From Octopus sinensis (lineage: Eukaryota): a stretch of DNA of 64,000 bases. A model generated the notes under the pieces. That model was not told where the DNA came from. It saw nothing but the letters and a program-made list of their open reading frames with translations, and did not search any database. The position numbers and the translations under genes are program-made. This document shows positions 10,362 through 22,595 of this stretch, in pieces (position 1 is the stretch's first letter; each line of letters opens with the position of its first letter). The stretch covers positions 52,948,001 to 53,012,000 of the forward strand of contig NC_042999.1 of assembly GCF_006345805.1 (NCBI RefSeq). Reading direction: 5' to 3'.

Positions 10362-10468
10362 TCATAGTATTTAATGTAATATTTTAATGCAAATAAATTA
10401 AAAATAAAGATATTCTATTGACAATCCAATAATTTATTTATATTACAATATTACATTAAATACTATGA
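10362..10468. repeat. AT-rich inverted repeat
   Basis: TCATAGTATTTAATGTAATATT is perfectly complementary to 10447-10468; inner arms also pair. Confidence 0.85.
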
Positions 10469-10989
10469 GGTGAAAATGAGGATAGTTACATCAAAATCCA
10501 TTCTACACCAAGTGTCATATATTAGAGGAGGATCTCAGTAATAACAGTGTAGCAAAACGGCGGTGCTCCATCATGGCCACAGCTCTGAGCCGAAACTACG
10601 AAAATATATATATTTATATATTTAGCAGAATTAACAGTGTGTCTTACGTATTGACAGTTTGGGGTTTTACCACCTGCCGGTTTGAAGAGCGTTAATACAC
10701 GAAACTCTTGGTCCTTGAGTCAATCTGTAACCTCAGCCAAATACTGATAAAAATCTTCTTATACACTCATGCTTTGAAATCTATTTTCCAGTTTACATCG
10801 CCAAATCTGTATACGTATGTGTATGTATGTGTGCGTGCGTGTGTGTCTGAGTGTGATTATGTGTGTGTTGTAGTTATTCAGAAGAAAGACGTTGTGCTTG
10901 TTCTTTTCTACAGGTCACACGGAATGCACAGCGGAGAGCCCAGTGAGGGAACTAATATCCTTATAAACTTTGATAATATTTCAGGAACG

Positions 10990-11157
10990 GAGTGGCTATG
11001 TGGTAAGTAGCTTGTTTACCAACCACATGGGTCCGGGTTCAGTCCCACTGCGTAGCACCTTTGGCAAGTGTCTTCTACTATAGCCTCGGGCCGACCAAAG
11101 CCTTGTGAGTGGATTTGGTAGGCGGAAACTGAAGAAGCCCGTCGTATATATGTATAT

Positions 11158-11229
<72 letters not shown>

Positions 11230-11452
11230 TGTGTGTGTTTGTGTGTCTGTGTTTGTCTCCCTGGCATTGCTTGACAACCGATGCTGGTGTGTTTATGTCC
11301 CCGTTACTTAGCGGTTCGGCAAAAGAGACCGATAGAAAAAGTACTGGGCTTACAAAAAGAATAAGTCCCGGGGTCGAGTTGCTCGATTAAAGGCGGTGCT
11401 CCAGCATGGCCGCAGTCAAATGACTGAAACAAGTAAAAAAAAAATAAAAGAG
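10990..11452 (+). mobile_element. SINE family A, full length, with internal (TA)n(TG)n
   Basis: Head, body, internal microsatellite and tail ending GACTGAAACAAGTAAAA. Confidence 0.92.
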
Positions 11453-11922
11453 TAAGCAACGTATGTACATCCGTGTATGAAACACATCTGTTCCTTATAG
11501 GATGCCCAAGCTATTCGTCCAGTCAAATGCTACTGTTTATTGCACTTTTATATAGCTTTCTGATTCAAACTAGCTGTTATGCGATGCTATGACATATAAT
11601 TTTGTGTGAGTGGGAGTAAAGTAAGACGGTGTATACAAATCATTTCGAAAATTTTAGGTGCTCTAGATACGACGATCTAAAATTACCCCCTATATATTGA
11701 AACGAAATTAGTTTATAGAATTTAATTTTTACTGTGTAATGTTGTCATTCTAAAGAGTAAGAAATCAGCCATTGTTGTCTGGTATATTATTGATTTTTGG
11801 AAGATGCTCGTCTTCTCTATTTCATCCACGAAGAATATATGATTTTAAGCAAAGACTGAATCTATACCATCCTGTGTTACACCGTATCAAAACCAACAAT
11901 AATTGCATCAGCATCGCTACTT

Positions 11923-11964
11923 CATTCTGAAGATGAGACTAAGAATAGTTCGAAATGTTAAAGG
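11923..11964 (+). ncRNA. Degenerate hammerhead-like motif
   Basis: CTGAAGA t-ga-GACT aagaat AGTT CGAAA TGTTA / AAGG. Confidence 0.35.
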
Positions 11965-12062
11965 ATACAAAAATCTGTTTGTTTGCAAAGAAAGCAGAAA
12001 AATACTAAGGTCCTAACTATTAATAAAAAAAAAGGAATGAATCCCGATTACAGTCGTTTTTT

Positions 12063-12247
12063 TGTGGCTGTGTGGTAAAGTTTTACTCAACAACCACATG
12101 GTTCCGGGTTCAGACCCACTGCGTCGCATCTGGGGCAAGTATTTTCTACTATAGACTCGGCCCACCCAGAGCTTTGTGAGTGGATTTGGTGGACAAAACC
12201 TGAAAGAAGTTTATGATATATATATATACACACACACACAAATATGC

Positions 12248-12308
<61 letters not shown>

Positions 12309-12975
12309 CATATAGGCATGGGAGTGGCTGTGTGGTAAGAAGCTTGCTTCCCAACCACATGGGGCCGCGTTCAGTCCCACTGCGTGGCACCTTGGCGGAG
12401 TGACTTCTACTACAACCCAAGCCGACCAAAGTCTCGTGAGTGCATTCGGTAGACGTAAACTGAAAGACGCCCGTCGTATGTATGTGTGCGCGCGCCGTGT
12501 TTGTGTGTGTCCATTTTTGTCCCCACCCACTAACGTTTCACAACCAATGTTGGTGGTTTTACGTCCCCGTAACGTAACGGTTCGATAGAATATCTACTAG
12601 GCTTACAAAGAATACGTCCTGGTGTCGATTTGTTCGACTAAAGACGGTGCTCCAGCATGGCCGCAGTCAAATGACTGAAACAAGTAATATATATAAATAT
12701 GTATGTATGTATGTATGTATGAAAACACATATCTATACACATATGTATGTGTACGTAGGTGGGTGGGTGTGTGGATGTGTGCGGCGTATGTGTATCATTG
12801 GGTCATTGTTTTCTACCAACCACTGCTTGACAACCGGTGTTGGGGTGTTTACATCCTTGTAAGCTAGCAGTTCGTCTAAAGTCAACGATAAAATAAGTAA
12901 CATGTTTTAAAAGAAAATAAATCCTGGGGCCGCCGAACCGTTCGCCTAAACGCCTTCAAGGCGGTGCTCCAGCCT
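12063..12975 (+). mobile_element. Cluster of three SINE family A pieces (12063-12210, 12316-12690, 12800-12975)
   Basis: Repeated family A head and tail motifs. Confidence 0.85.
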
Positions 12976-13489
12976 CGCGAAGAATCGTGCGACTGTCACA
13001 GAAAGCACCTTTTACGGATTCTTCTAGCAGACCACACAGTGACCAGCTAGAAAGCAGAATAATCTAGTGTTTCCCTGTAACTGAAAATCTCCTAAATCCG
13101 AATGAAGAAACATTTTGATAAGAAGTATTTAAAACCATAAACCCGCGAGGTAAACAATGTAAGATGAAAAGATATTTATTTAACAACGTGACTTCCATAG
13201 GACTCTGACCGTTGTGGATAAACTTTACACACGCATTGCCTTTAAGATATTTTACGTTGATTTAATATCATATTCCTGTAGTGTATATACATAAGTGGCA
13301 CGCAGGTTGGATTGAACGCCGACAAGGCATGAAATAAGTTCGCAGTTCTACAGTGGTAAACGTAAAGTAGAGCTAGAAGTTGAAATGTAACTATATTAAA
13401 AGTGCATGCAGTTATAAAGCAATGAAAAATTACTGCCAATATATGTGTGTATGTGCGTGTGTATGTTTATGTACGAGTGTATGCATGGA

Positions 13490-13700
13490 TAAAGATACTC
13501 TTCGCTCACGAATAAACATGGGATTGCAGCTAGCGACCCCCACCCCCGAAGAACAAACCCAAGTAGGCTTGTTTGTAAAAGACGAGCGGTCACCGATGCA
13601 CATGCATACAAGTCTCCCCTCACCATGCAAAGGAAATGCAAAGGCCGACAGAGATCGGCACCAATGGCATAGTAACTCATTTCTACAGTTAGCATTTCGT
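13490..13700 (-). mobile_element. SINE family D body, diverged
   Basis: Minus CTGTAGAAATGAGTT..TGGTGCC..TCGGCCTTTGC.TTTCC matches 8220-8380. Confidence 0.7.
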
Positions 13701-13732
13701 TACTAAAACCCAGCGTCATCGTAAATACCTAT

Positions 13733-13947
13733 TTCTTTACTACCCACAACGGGCTAAACACAGAGAGGACAAACAAGGACAGACAAACGGATTAAGATGA
13801 TTACATCGACCCCTGTGTGTAACTGGTACTTAATTTATCGAACCCCGAAAGGATGAAAGGCTAAGTCGAGCTCGGCGGAATTTGAACTCAGAACGTAACG
13901 GCAGACAAAATACAGCTAAGCATTCCGCCCGGCGTGCTAACTGTTCT
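13733..13947 (-). mobile_element. SINE family B
   Basis: Reverse complement of the 6631-6855 consensus. Confidence 0.9.
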
Positions 13948-14569
13948 GTTTATATATAACATGCAATTGTAGAATCAAATATGGCTACATACAAATTGAG
14001 AGTAAACCGAAGCAAGCTTATATGTAAATAGTTAATATCAACGTAATCTTAGAATTACTGACGTTGAAAAAACAATACTAAAAGTATATTTACTGTTATT
14101 AAAGCAATTAAATATTAATTTTTATTAGAAAGTCGGCGAGTCATAGATAACCTGTAACTGTAAAATCTGAAGTAGACAGCTGTAAGATGGAATATCGCAA
14201 AGCTTTTGTTAAGATAATGTGCATTTAATGATTTAAAACAATGATGAATAAATTAAATTATCTGAAAAGAACGGAAAAAAATAGAAACAGGATAGTGAAA
14301 CATAAGTGATAATAAAGCGAGTCCTGCTACAGAAAAAGTTTCGACAGAAAACGTTGTGAATAACTGAAAGAGGCTTAAAGCAAAATATTACTTGTATTAA
14401 AGAAACAAACACACGCGGCTAATGAAATATGTAAGAAACAAGCAATGACAGTTTTTGAATGGCTTATATAACACACAAATAGTAAATGAAGAAGTTGTTG
14501 AGATAATCGAATATGTAATGGTTATGAAGTGGAAATTCAAATCAGAGGTTACAGAATATCATTTCGTTT

Positions 14570-14708
14570 GTCTTTCCGTTCTGAGTTCAGATTCCGCCGA
14601 AGTTGTCTATGCCTTTCATCCTTTCGGATGAACCAATTATGCACTGGTGTCGATGGAATTGACTAAACCCTAGCCCCAAAATTTCAAGTCTTGCGCCTAT
14701 AGTGGAAA
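14570..14708 (+). mobile_element. SINE family B variant, partial
   Basis: CGTTCTGAGTTCAGATTCCGCCGAAG..GCCTTTCATCCTTTCGG..GTGCCTAT-type tail, then (TTA)n. Confidence 0.7.
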
Positions 14709-14710
14709 GG

Positions 14711-14764
<54 letters not shown>

Positions 14765-14839
14765 GTTGTTGTTGTTGTTGTTGTTATTATTATTGTGATC
14801 ATCAACATCATTATTATCATGATTATTATTATTATTATT

Positions 14840-17340
14840 TTATTTCTCAGAGCGCTCGATGTTATTTTTTCTGGTATATTCTATGTGGGAGCGGACTGCA
14901 GCCTGCTGTCAGAGGTGTCTTCCTCCACACATTAAAAGCTTTGATACTCGGTTGTTAATTATCGTGAAAGACATTCAACATCCAAGTACCAATCTCAAAA
15001 TCCTAGCTGTCCCCAGCAGAGCAGTGTTTGGGGCTTGCTCTGCCCTCATGGCAATTCCAGCTTTTCTGACATACTGCTTGAACTTGGTCGTTAGTGCCCC
15101 TACAACTACTGGAAAGTCAGACACTCTCCTCATAGTTCACATTCTTGCAATTCCGTCTTTTTTAATAGTCTCTTTTCAATCCTTTTTATCTTTGTCGACC
15201 ACAATAATGTCTGGTCTCCGAGCCTCGATTAGGGAGTCACACTGGATTGTAAAATCTCACAGTACCTTATATTCTCGGTGACTCCTTCTGGTTCATATTC
15301 TTGGCACAAATCCCTCAACTCAATTTTCCACCCCGCTATACACGTTACACTCCTTACAGTTCCAAACAAATCTAAGCACTCGATGATCCACCAATGTGGA
15401 ATCATATAAACTTTGTGATAACCAATGCAGGTCAATCCCAAGTGTGTTTTCCTTCCTTTACAATCTTGCTTTACCATTTTACACGAGGAGATGTGGAGGT
15501 ACTTCCGCATCTCCTCGTACAACCCTTTTGTTCTCTTGGTAACATATCATCCTCATCACGGAATTTGTACAGTTCCTCTGCAATTCCTCTTGACAGTAAC
15601 TTCCACATTAATGGGAAGGAAGAAATCAACTTGCAATTGTCAGCAGCATTTCCCTTTGATGCATCCTTCAGACACAAAACTGTTCTTACATTTGTCAACC
15701 AGCCTGTGATTTCTTTTCCTCCATCGATTAATGCATTAAATTGCTCTACAATCAATTTATGACACCCACTGAACTTATTTATCCCAAATCCCCGTACACC
15801 ATCAAGTCCAGCTGCTTTCCTGTTGTTTCTCTTTTGATTCATATCTCCGATACTGTCTTCTGTGCAGTGAATAGCCTCCTGCTGGAGATAAGAAGATGTT
15901 TGCTTCAGGCTGCAAATCCATTCAGCTGTAATATTATGTTGTTGTTGCTTACTCCATAACTTTCCGAGAACTATCGGCCTCTATCAACATCAAGAACTAA
16001 GCTTTCACATTCTATATGATTATTAATTTCTCGATCAATATTTTTTGGTTGATTCTAAACAATGTATTTTACCGGTGTTGTTTAATCCGTTGTTCAACCC
16101 TAGTTAGCTTTGCTTCAGTCCTTCAATTACAACATTCAGACTTTTTGTATCTATATCATACTTCTTGGATTTTTCAAATTTGCGAACATTCTTTTCTTCT
16201 CCTTTTCTTTTCGTGACAAGCATTGACACTACACTTTTCAAGGAGTTTATATCTTTAGAAATTCTCTTTTTCCACCATGGTTATTTCTTTCCTCTTCTAT
16301 ACGCCAGTGTTCTGTTCTGCCATAACCACACTTGCAGCCTTGATGAGATTACTTGTATGTGTGATGTTCTTTGTTTCAACGTGTTTCGATACATTATTGA
16401 CTTTACTCGTCACTTGATTTAGTCTCCATTGATTAGCCTTCTTGAAGTTGCATATAAATTCTGTCTCTCCTGTATTTAGTAGATCCAAATTCCTATTTAT
16501 TATTATATGATCTTCATTGTTTAAGGAGTCACTGATCTCGATTCTTTCCCAAGTTACGGTAGTATATTCTTGCGAACAATTGTCCGTCTACTCCACCATA
16601 CCATTTTCGTTTCTCATACGCCCGGCATCACCTGATATCCTTAATTCTGTTAACCAGCCACTCTTTCTTATTGCTCTTGCTTCGTCACAATCTCTGTTCA
16701 GTAATTTCAAACAGAACCATTGCATTCCATTCACTGTGCATTCGTTTTCTGTACCCTTTGACAAGCATGCCTTTCGCATCCACTGGGGTGCTCCGGTAGT
16801 AACGCTCCATAACCATCACATTTACTTATTTACTCCACTTATGTCTCGCAGTACGGCTAGCAATGGTTGGATTACGACCGTCCCACCCTGCTGCACAGTA
16901 GGATGCCTGCCAGGTGCGGCACATTGAACTTTGGTTCCAGTCCCGTTCACACCGATATAAGTAGCTATTTTGCTTGGAATGTTCACTCACAAATAAGGTA
17001 TGTCTTTAGGTTACCACCAACCGGTATATTTATCGACACTCCATCTCTATCACGGCTGTCCGCCAAGGCGACAGAAGCTTTGCTCACCTGGTTTTGAACT
17101 TAGATTGGCTTTTTTCTAGGCTGCTTGCCATCCAAGGCTAATGAGTACAGCCTACCCGTAGCACTGGCTATTTGAATGCACCAGGCACTAGCCCTTTTAC
17201 TCTCTTCTGCTAGTTCGGCGAAGGAGTCGGGCTTGACAATCAGAGGCTATGTTTGGCGCAGGCCATTGGGTCATTTTATAAGTGAAGGGCGCTTAAATCC
17301 CTCCTCCAACCCAGTATTGACATTTTTACTTCCTTTTGCC
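14840..17340 (-). mobile_element. R4/Dong-type RLE LINE, internally deleted and frameshifted
   Basis: N-terminal VMERYY..GYRKRMHSEW..RLCDEARAIRKSGWL; RT 1-3 (AAGLDG..LMWKLL..LPREQKGC; IPHWWIIECL); RLE (PEGVTEN..RRPDIIVV..PVVVGAL..LLGTARIL); flanked by (TTA)n on both sides. Confidence 0.9.
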
Positions 17341-17407
17341 CCACCTTCTTCAGCTTGCTATTACTATCACCATCACCATCATCATTATTATCATTATTAT
17401 TATTATA

Positions 17408-17440
<33 letters not shown>

Positions 17441-17829
17441 TATTATTATTATTATTATTAGTCCTACAGTGACTACCATTACTACTAGTGTCATCAATAT
17501 TTTTACCATTGCCATCATTATTGTTAATGTCAACACTCTCACTACCAACAATATCGCACTTACCTCCTCCATCCTCCTCGTTACTATCGCTACCATGATA
17601 TTATTACGTTTATTTTGATGTTAGAAAACGACGCCAGATCAGTTTGGTTGCTGGAGCTTCTGTTTATTCCCTTGTATATGGAAGAGCCACGGATGGATAA
17701 TATCACGCTGGTAGAGATTAAAATTTATACAAATATGTGCGGGGAGGAGGGGAAGGGCATATTCTAAGTAATATTATCACTAATCTTACCGTCACCGCAA
17801 CTAATACAATTATTACCACTGTAATTATT

Positions 17830-18222
17830 GTTGTTGTTACTGCTGATGTTGCTGTTGCTGTTGAGTGAAGCGGTCTTCGTCCCAGAGTGGGAGAAGTCCG
17901 AAACGTGGTCCTTTGCTGTTCGCAAGACCCGCAGAAGAGAGAGCAGGTCAACCCCCGACACCGAGAGCATCGACGGATGGATGAATGTGCATCCAGGCTC
18001 AGCGGTTGCATAGGAAGTCGGGGATAAGAAACAGGAAGAAAGAGTGAGAGAAAGTTGGAGCGAAAGAGTACAACAGGGGTCGCCAACGTCCCCTGCTAGA
18101 GCCTCGTGGAGCTTTAGGTGTTTTCGCTCAATAAACACACACAACGCCCGGTCTGGGAATCGAAACCGCGATCCTCCGACTGCGAGTCCGCTGCCCTAAC
18201 CTCTGGGCCATTGCGCCTCCAC
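17830..18222 (-). mobile_element. tRNA-derived SINE family C
   Basis: Minus head GGCGCAATGGCCCAGAGGTTAGGGCAGCGGACTCGC..GGTTTCGATTCCC, then CTAAAGCTCCACGAGGCTC; related copy at 40870-41270. Confidence 0.85.
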
Positions 18223-18302
18223 TGTTGCTGCTGCTGCTGTTGTTGTTGTTGTTGCTGTTGTTGTTGTTGTTGTTGCTGTTGTTGTTGTTGTTGTTGTTGT
18301 TA
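18222..18302. repeat. (TGC)/(TGT)n microsatellite
   Basis: Direct read. Confidence 0.95.
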
Positions 18303-18914
18303 TCCGCCTCTACCAACATTCGATGTATATACCTTTATTAAAAACCTTTGTTATTTATCTCTGTTATCTGCTACACATATTATTTGAGTTTTCATTCTTC
18401 CTATCACCATGAGCTTGTCAGACATATCCCTAATTATTCTTTACTTTTCCGAAGGGGCATTTTCAGTGAGCAACATTATTTTTGTAACGTTTGCATTAAT
18501 GAGACACCTTAAACTTTAAATTTATTGTTCGCCCTGTAATTTACCAGACTTCATTTACAATTGCAACCTGATCCAATGAAATACCGATTATTTTTTTGTT
18601 CCGTTGTCTAACTAATCTGAATTGTTCTTCTAAAAAACTAAATTTCAAAACAATATTTCCTCTCTCCCCGCTTTTTATTATCAACGTCACATTCTGATTC
18701 ATATGTTGCCATTGGAAATATGAAATTTAGAACAATTTCAACTTAAATATCTACTTACTGATATTCAAATAACATTTAAAGAGATAACAGCAGGATTTGC
18801 AAAAGGAATTAGCTTTATCTCTTTGACGCATTCATATAAATTTCCATTAAAAGTCTTAAGATACCAAAATTCATCCACCATTTGACAATCTCATTTTCAA
18901 TTACTTTATACCCA

Positions 18915-19143
18915 TTTCTTTACTACCCACAAGGGGCTACACACAGAGGGGACAAACAAGGACAGACATAGATATTAAGTCGATTACATCGACCCCAGTG
19001 CGTAACTGGTACTTAATTTATCGACCCAGAAAGGATGAAATGCAAAGTCGACCTCGGCGGAATTTGAACTCAGAACGTAACGGCAGACGAAATGCGGCTT
19101 CGCATTTCGCCCGGCGTGCTAACGTTTCTGCCAGCTCGCCGCC
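18915..19143 (-). mobile_element. SINE family B
   Basis: Reverse complement of the family B consensus. Confidence 0.92.
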
Positions 19144-19706
19144 TTTATACCGTTGAGGTATAATTTACTTTATACTGTTAAGGTAAGAAACGGAATCCGA
19201 AGCAAACAGAAATTTGACTGAATACACAAAACTGAAGCAAAAACTTTTGTCGATAAAAATGAATTACAGAAATAATTTGAGTTGAGGAGTGAAATATAAA
19301 TTTTGGGATATTTGTCGTTTCCCAGAGAGAATCATCTATAAAGGAGGATTTCATCTTTAGAATATAAATGAAAAATATAAGAATTTAAATAATGTTCATG
19401 GAGAGAAGGGCTGGTAAATAGTGTGAAGAGAAAGAGTAGGAGTCAATAGATGAATGAGGTGCGTGGGAGTGAAGATAACGGTGAGGAATGTCAGTGGCAA
19501 CAGTCAGTTTGTTTCATTATATGATGTTTTGGGAAAATCACGTCAGGTGAATTGACGAACTTTTAGGACACGCACGTTCAAAAGCAGGACGTAGAGACGG
19601 AGATATAAATTCAGACATATACAATCGACTACGTATTCTCGTGAATATGTAGTTGATTGTATACATTCATAAAGACTGTTCTAATCACATGTACATACAT
19701 ATACCC

Positions 19707-19773
<67 letters not shown>

Positions 19774-19832
19774 TGTATATGTATGTGTATATATGTACAT
19801 AAATATATATATATATTTATACGCATACACGC

Positions 19833-19902
<70 letters not shown>

Positions 19903-19908
<6 letters not shown>

Positions 19909-20027
19909 ATGGAAGAAATGGAGTTGAACGAAGATTGTACAGAATTCCTTTTATTACATTCATGTGTAGAATGTAATAAAAGGAATTTTGTACAATCTTC
20001 GTTCAACTCCATCTCTTCCATTCACTA
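19903..20027. repeat. 125-bp near-perfect hairpin (arms ~59 bp, 7-nt loop)
   Basis: TAGTGAATGGAAGAAATGGAGTTGAACGAAGATTGTAC..CATTC pairs with GAATG..CATTCACTA. Confidence 0.95.
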
Positions 20028-20255
20028 ATAATATTAAACTTCAATTATCCGCACCAACGCACGGTTGCAACACCAAATGGTCTTATCTCCAACCGTGGTT
20101 TTTTTGCTGTGATTTTTGCTACCCAGGTATCGGTTAAACTTTTGAATAATCTGTAACAAGAAAATTCATCTTTCTATTTCAACAAATATATATATATATA
20201 TATATAATATATATATTATATATATATATATATATACACGCACACGCACATACAC

Positions 20256-20297
<42 letters not shown>

Positions 20298-21061
20298 ACA
20301 CACGAGAGTTCACTCCGTTAAGAGGCCTCTATGTAGGAACGCTCCAGATTGAGCTGGCAGGGTGTCAGGCTCCTTCCCTGCAGATGGACTTACGGAGGGC
20401 AAAAGTGATCACCTCGTTAATGTGAACACTTCTCACTCAGGAGGCAGGTCCTACAGAAAATCCTCTTGCCTCGTTTATTTGTCTTGTAACGACCCTTGGT
20501 ACCCGTTCGTCGGGAGAATCCTGAGGGACAGGCAACCTGGGTGTTATGCCTGATGCTGCCGCTGTATTTGTTTTAAGTATACGGGAGATTACATTTCGTA
20601 TGTAGCTGGTCTTAGTACAAATTATGTGGGCCGATTTGTAGTGAACGAAGAGTACTCCGACTACAACCAATACATGTACCACCAGCGCCACCACCGACTA
20701 CTACCAGGGGATTTACCATCCCAGCCAGCAACACCGATGGACACAACCACCTTCACTACCACTGCTGCTAACCCTAAACTTAGTCATCCACCCACAACAA
20801 TCTCTATGGCACCAGCAATATCATCGTTCCGGGCAACTACTGCTGTATCTCCAACTTGTTTAAACGGGGTCACTGCCCATTCGGCTATCCAACTAGCTGG
20901 TGTACCTCTGAAGAGGGGTCTCTCTGCATTGTTAGAAGCTCTCCCCTTTTCCTTTTTCATCTATTAGGATACGTCTGTATCACAATGCTTGAAGTGAAGT
21001 ATAACGCTCTTCTAATATATATACATAATACATACACACATACGTACATTCATACATTTAC

Positions 21062-21130
<69 letters not shown>

Positions 21131-21133
<3 letters not shown>

Positions 21134-21460
21134 GGAGAGTTCACGAAAAAAACAAAAGACGGAGTCAGGTAGTGTACAAAACAAAACAGATGTATTAGTA
21201 TAACGCTCAGGAATAGAAAAAAGTCTTTTACGTTTCGAGCCTACGCTCTTCTACAGAAAGGGACACAGAACAAACAAGGAGAGAAAAAAATGTGTGTAGT
21301 GGCTATAGCAGTGAACATCATGAAGCAGTATGTTGAGTGATGTCAATGTGTTTGCTTCGCATGTTGTGAAACTTTTGGTTTTGCTCGTTGGAGGACAATG
21401 AATGTCATCGCTGATGTTGTTGGTCTGTCGTATGTGTCCGTGCAGGCAATCAGAACGTCT
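21131..21460 (-). mobile_element. Penelope-type terminal repeat (pseudo-LTR-like) fragment
   Basis: Same sequence recurs at 55965-56152 (+); carries a hammerhead-like fold; ends in (TA)n. Confidence 0.6.
21225..21260 (-). ncRNA. Minimal hammerhead-like fold with a non-canonical core
   Basis: CTTT CTGTAGAA GAGC gtag GCTC GAAA CG TA / AAAG. Confidence 0.5.
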
Positions 21461-21469
21461 CAATTGAAA

Positions 21470-21985
21470 ATGCGGTGTGTCTCCGCCAATGTTGTCCCCC
21501 GCTGCTGACTACTGAGCAGAAATAACATCGCCTTGAAGTTTGACAAGTTCTCCTTTATGTCGAAGATCATCCACGGTGACGAGATTTGGGTCTACGGGTA
21601 CGATACGGATACTAAGATAGTAGTTGTCACAATGAAAGAGGTCTTCATTTCCACGACCAAAAAGGCACTACAGAGCTGCAACCCAATCAAGAGCATGATC
21701 ATCACTTTTTGCGACAACCACGGTTTTGTGGATCGAGAATTCGTCCTCCAGGTCCAGACCATCAATCGAGAATTTTTGAAGCGTTTGCGGAAGGACATTC
21801 GGATCTGCAGATCGCGAAGAATTGGAATTTTCACGAGGACAATGCAGCGTCATTGAGCTCTCCTCAATCGTGACTTTCTCACCAGAAACAACTTGACATC
21901 ATTTCTCTATTACCCTCTTTCATCACCATACTTGGGACATGCAGACTTCCATCTCTTCCCGAAAATATAACTCATCTCGTAACAA
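21470..21985 (+). mobile_element. Mariner transposase relic
   Basis: RCVSA..VP.LLTTEQK; FMSKIIHGDEIWVYGYDTDTK (GDE motif); KSMIITFCD..EFV..QTIN; DNA..H. Confidence 0.85.
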
Positions 21986-22017
21986 CTCGTATATACATAC
22001 ATACATATATATATATA

Positions 22018-22062
<45 letters not shown>

Positions 22063-22114
22063 TATATACACAAATATATATATATACATATATTATATTA
22101 AATTAGAGATAAAA

Positions 22115-22371
22115 CATTGGTCGGCCTGAGGCTATAGTAGAAGACACTTGGCCAAGATGCCACGCAGTGGGACTGAACCCGGAACCATGTGGTTGGTTAG
22201 CAAGCTACTTACCACACAGCCACTCCTGCGCCTATATATACATACATATATAATCACACACATACACACGTCACACACACACACATTTTATTTTACTATA
22301 AAATTGGATTCAATCCTAAATCTGATTTTCCCTGTAAGTTTGGATTTATTCCCTAATATTTTATTATATAT

Positions 22372-22428
<57 letters not shown>

Positions 22429-22595
22429 GTGTGTGTGACGTGTGTATGTGTGTGATTATGTATGTATATATAGGCGCAGGAGTGGCTGTGTGGTAAGAAG
22501 CTTGCTAACCAACCACATGGTTCCAGGTTCAGTCCCACTGCGTGGCATCTTGGGCAAGTGTCTTCTGCTATAGCCCCGGCACGACCCGACCAATG
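22115..22595. repeat. Inverted duplication (~170-bp arms) containing a SINE A head plus flank
   Basis: 22115-22286 is complementary to 22427-22595, including non-SINE microsatellite flank and shared diagnostic bases. Confidence 0.85.

Noticed and set aside
10895-10945. Possible micro-exon reading SHGMHSGEP, reminiscent of a zinc-finger linker
   Set aside because: Too short, with no Cys/His spacing of a C2H2 finger and no partner exons.
20908-20945. CTGAAGA hammerhead-like core
   Set aside because: No downstream GAAA or consistent stems could be found.
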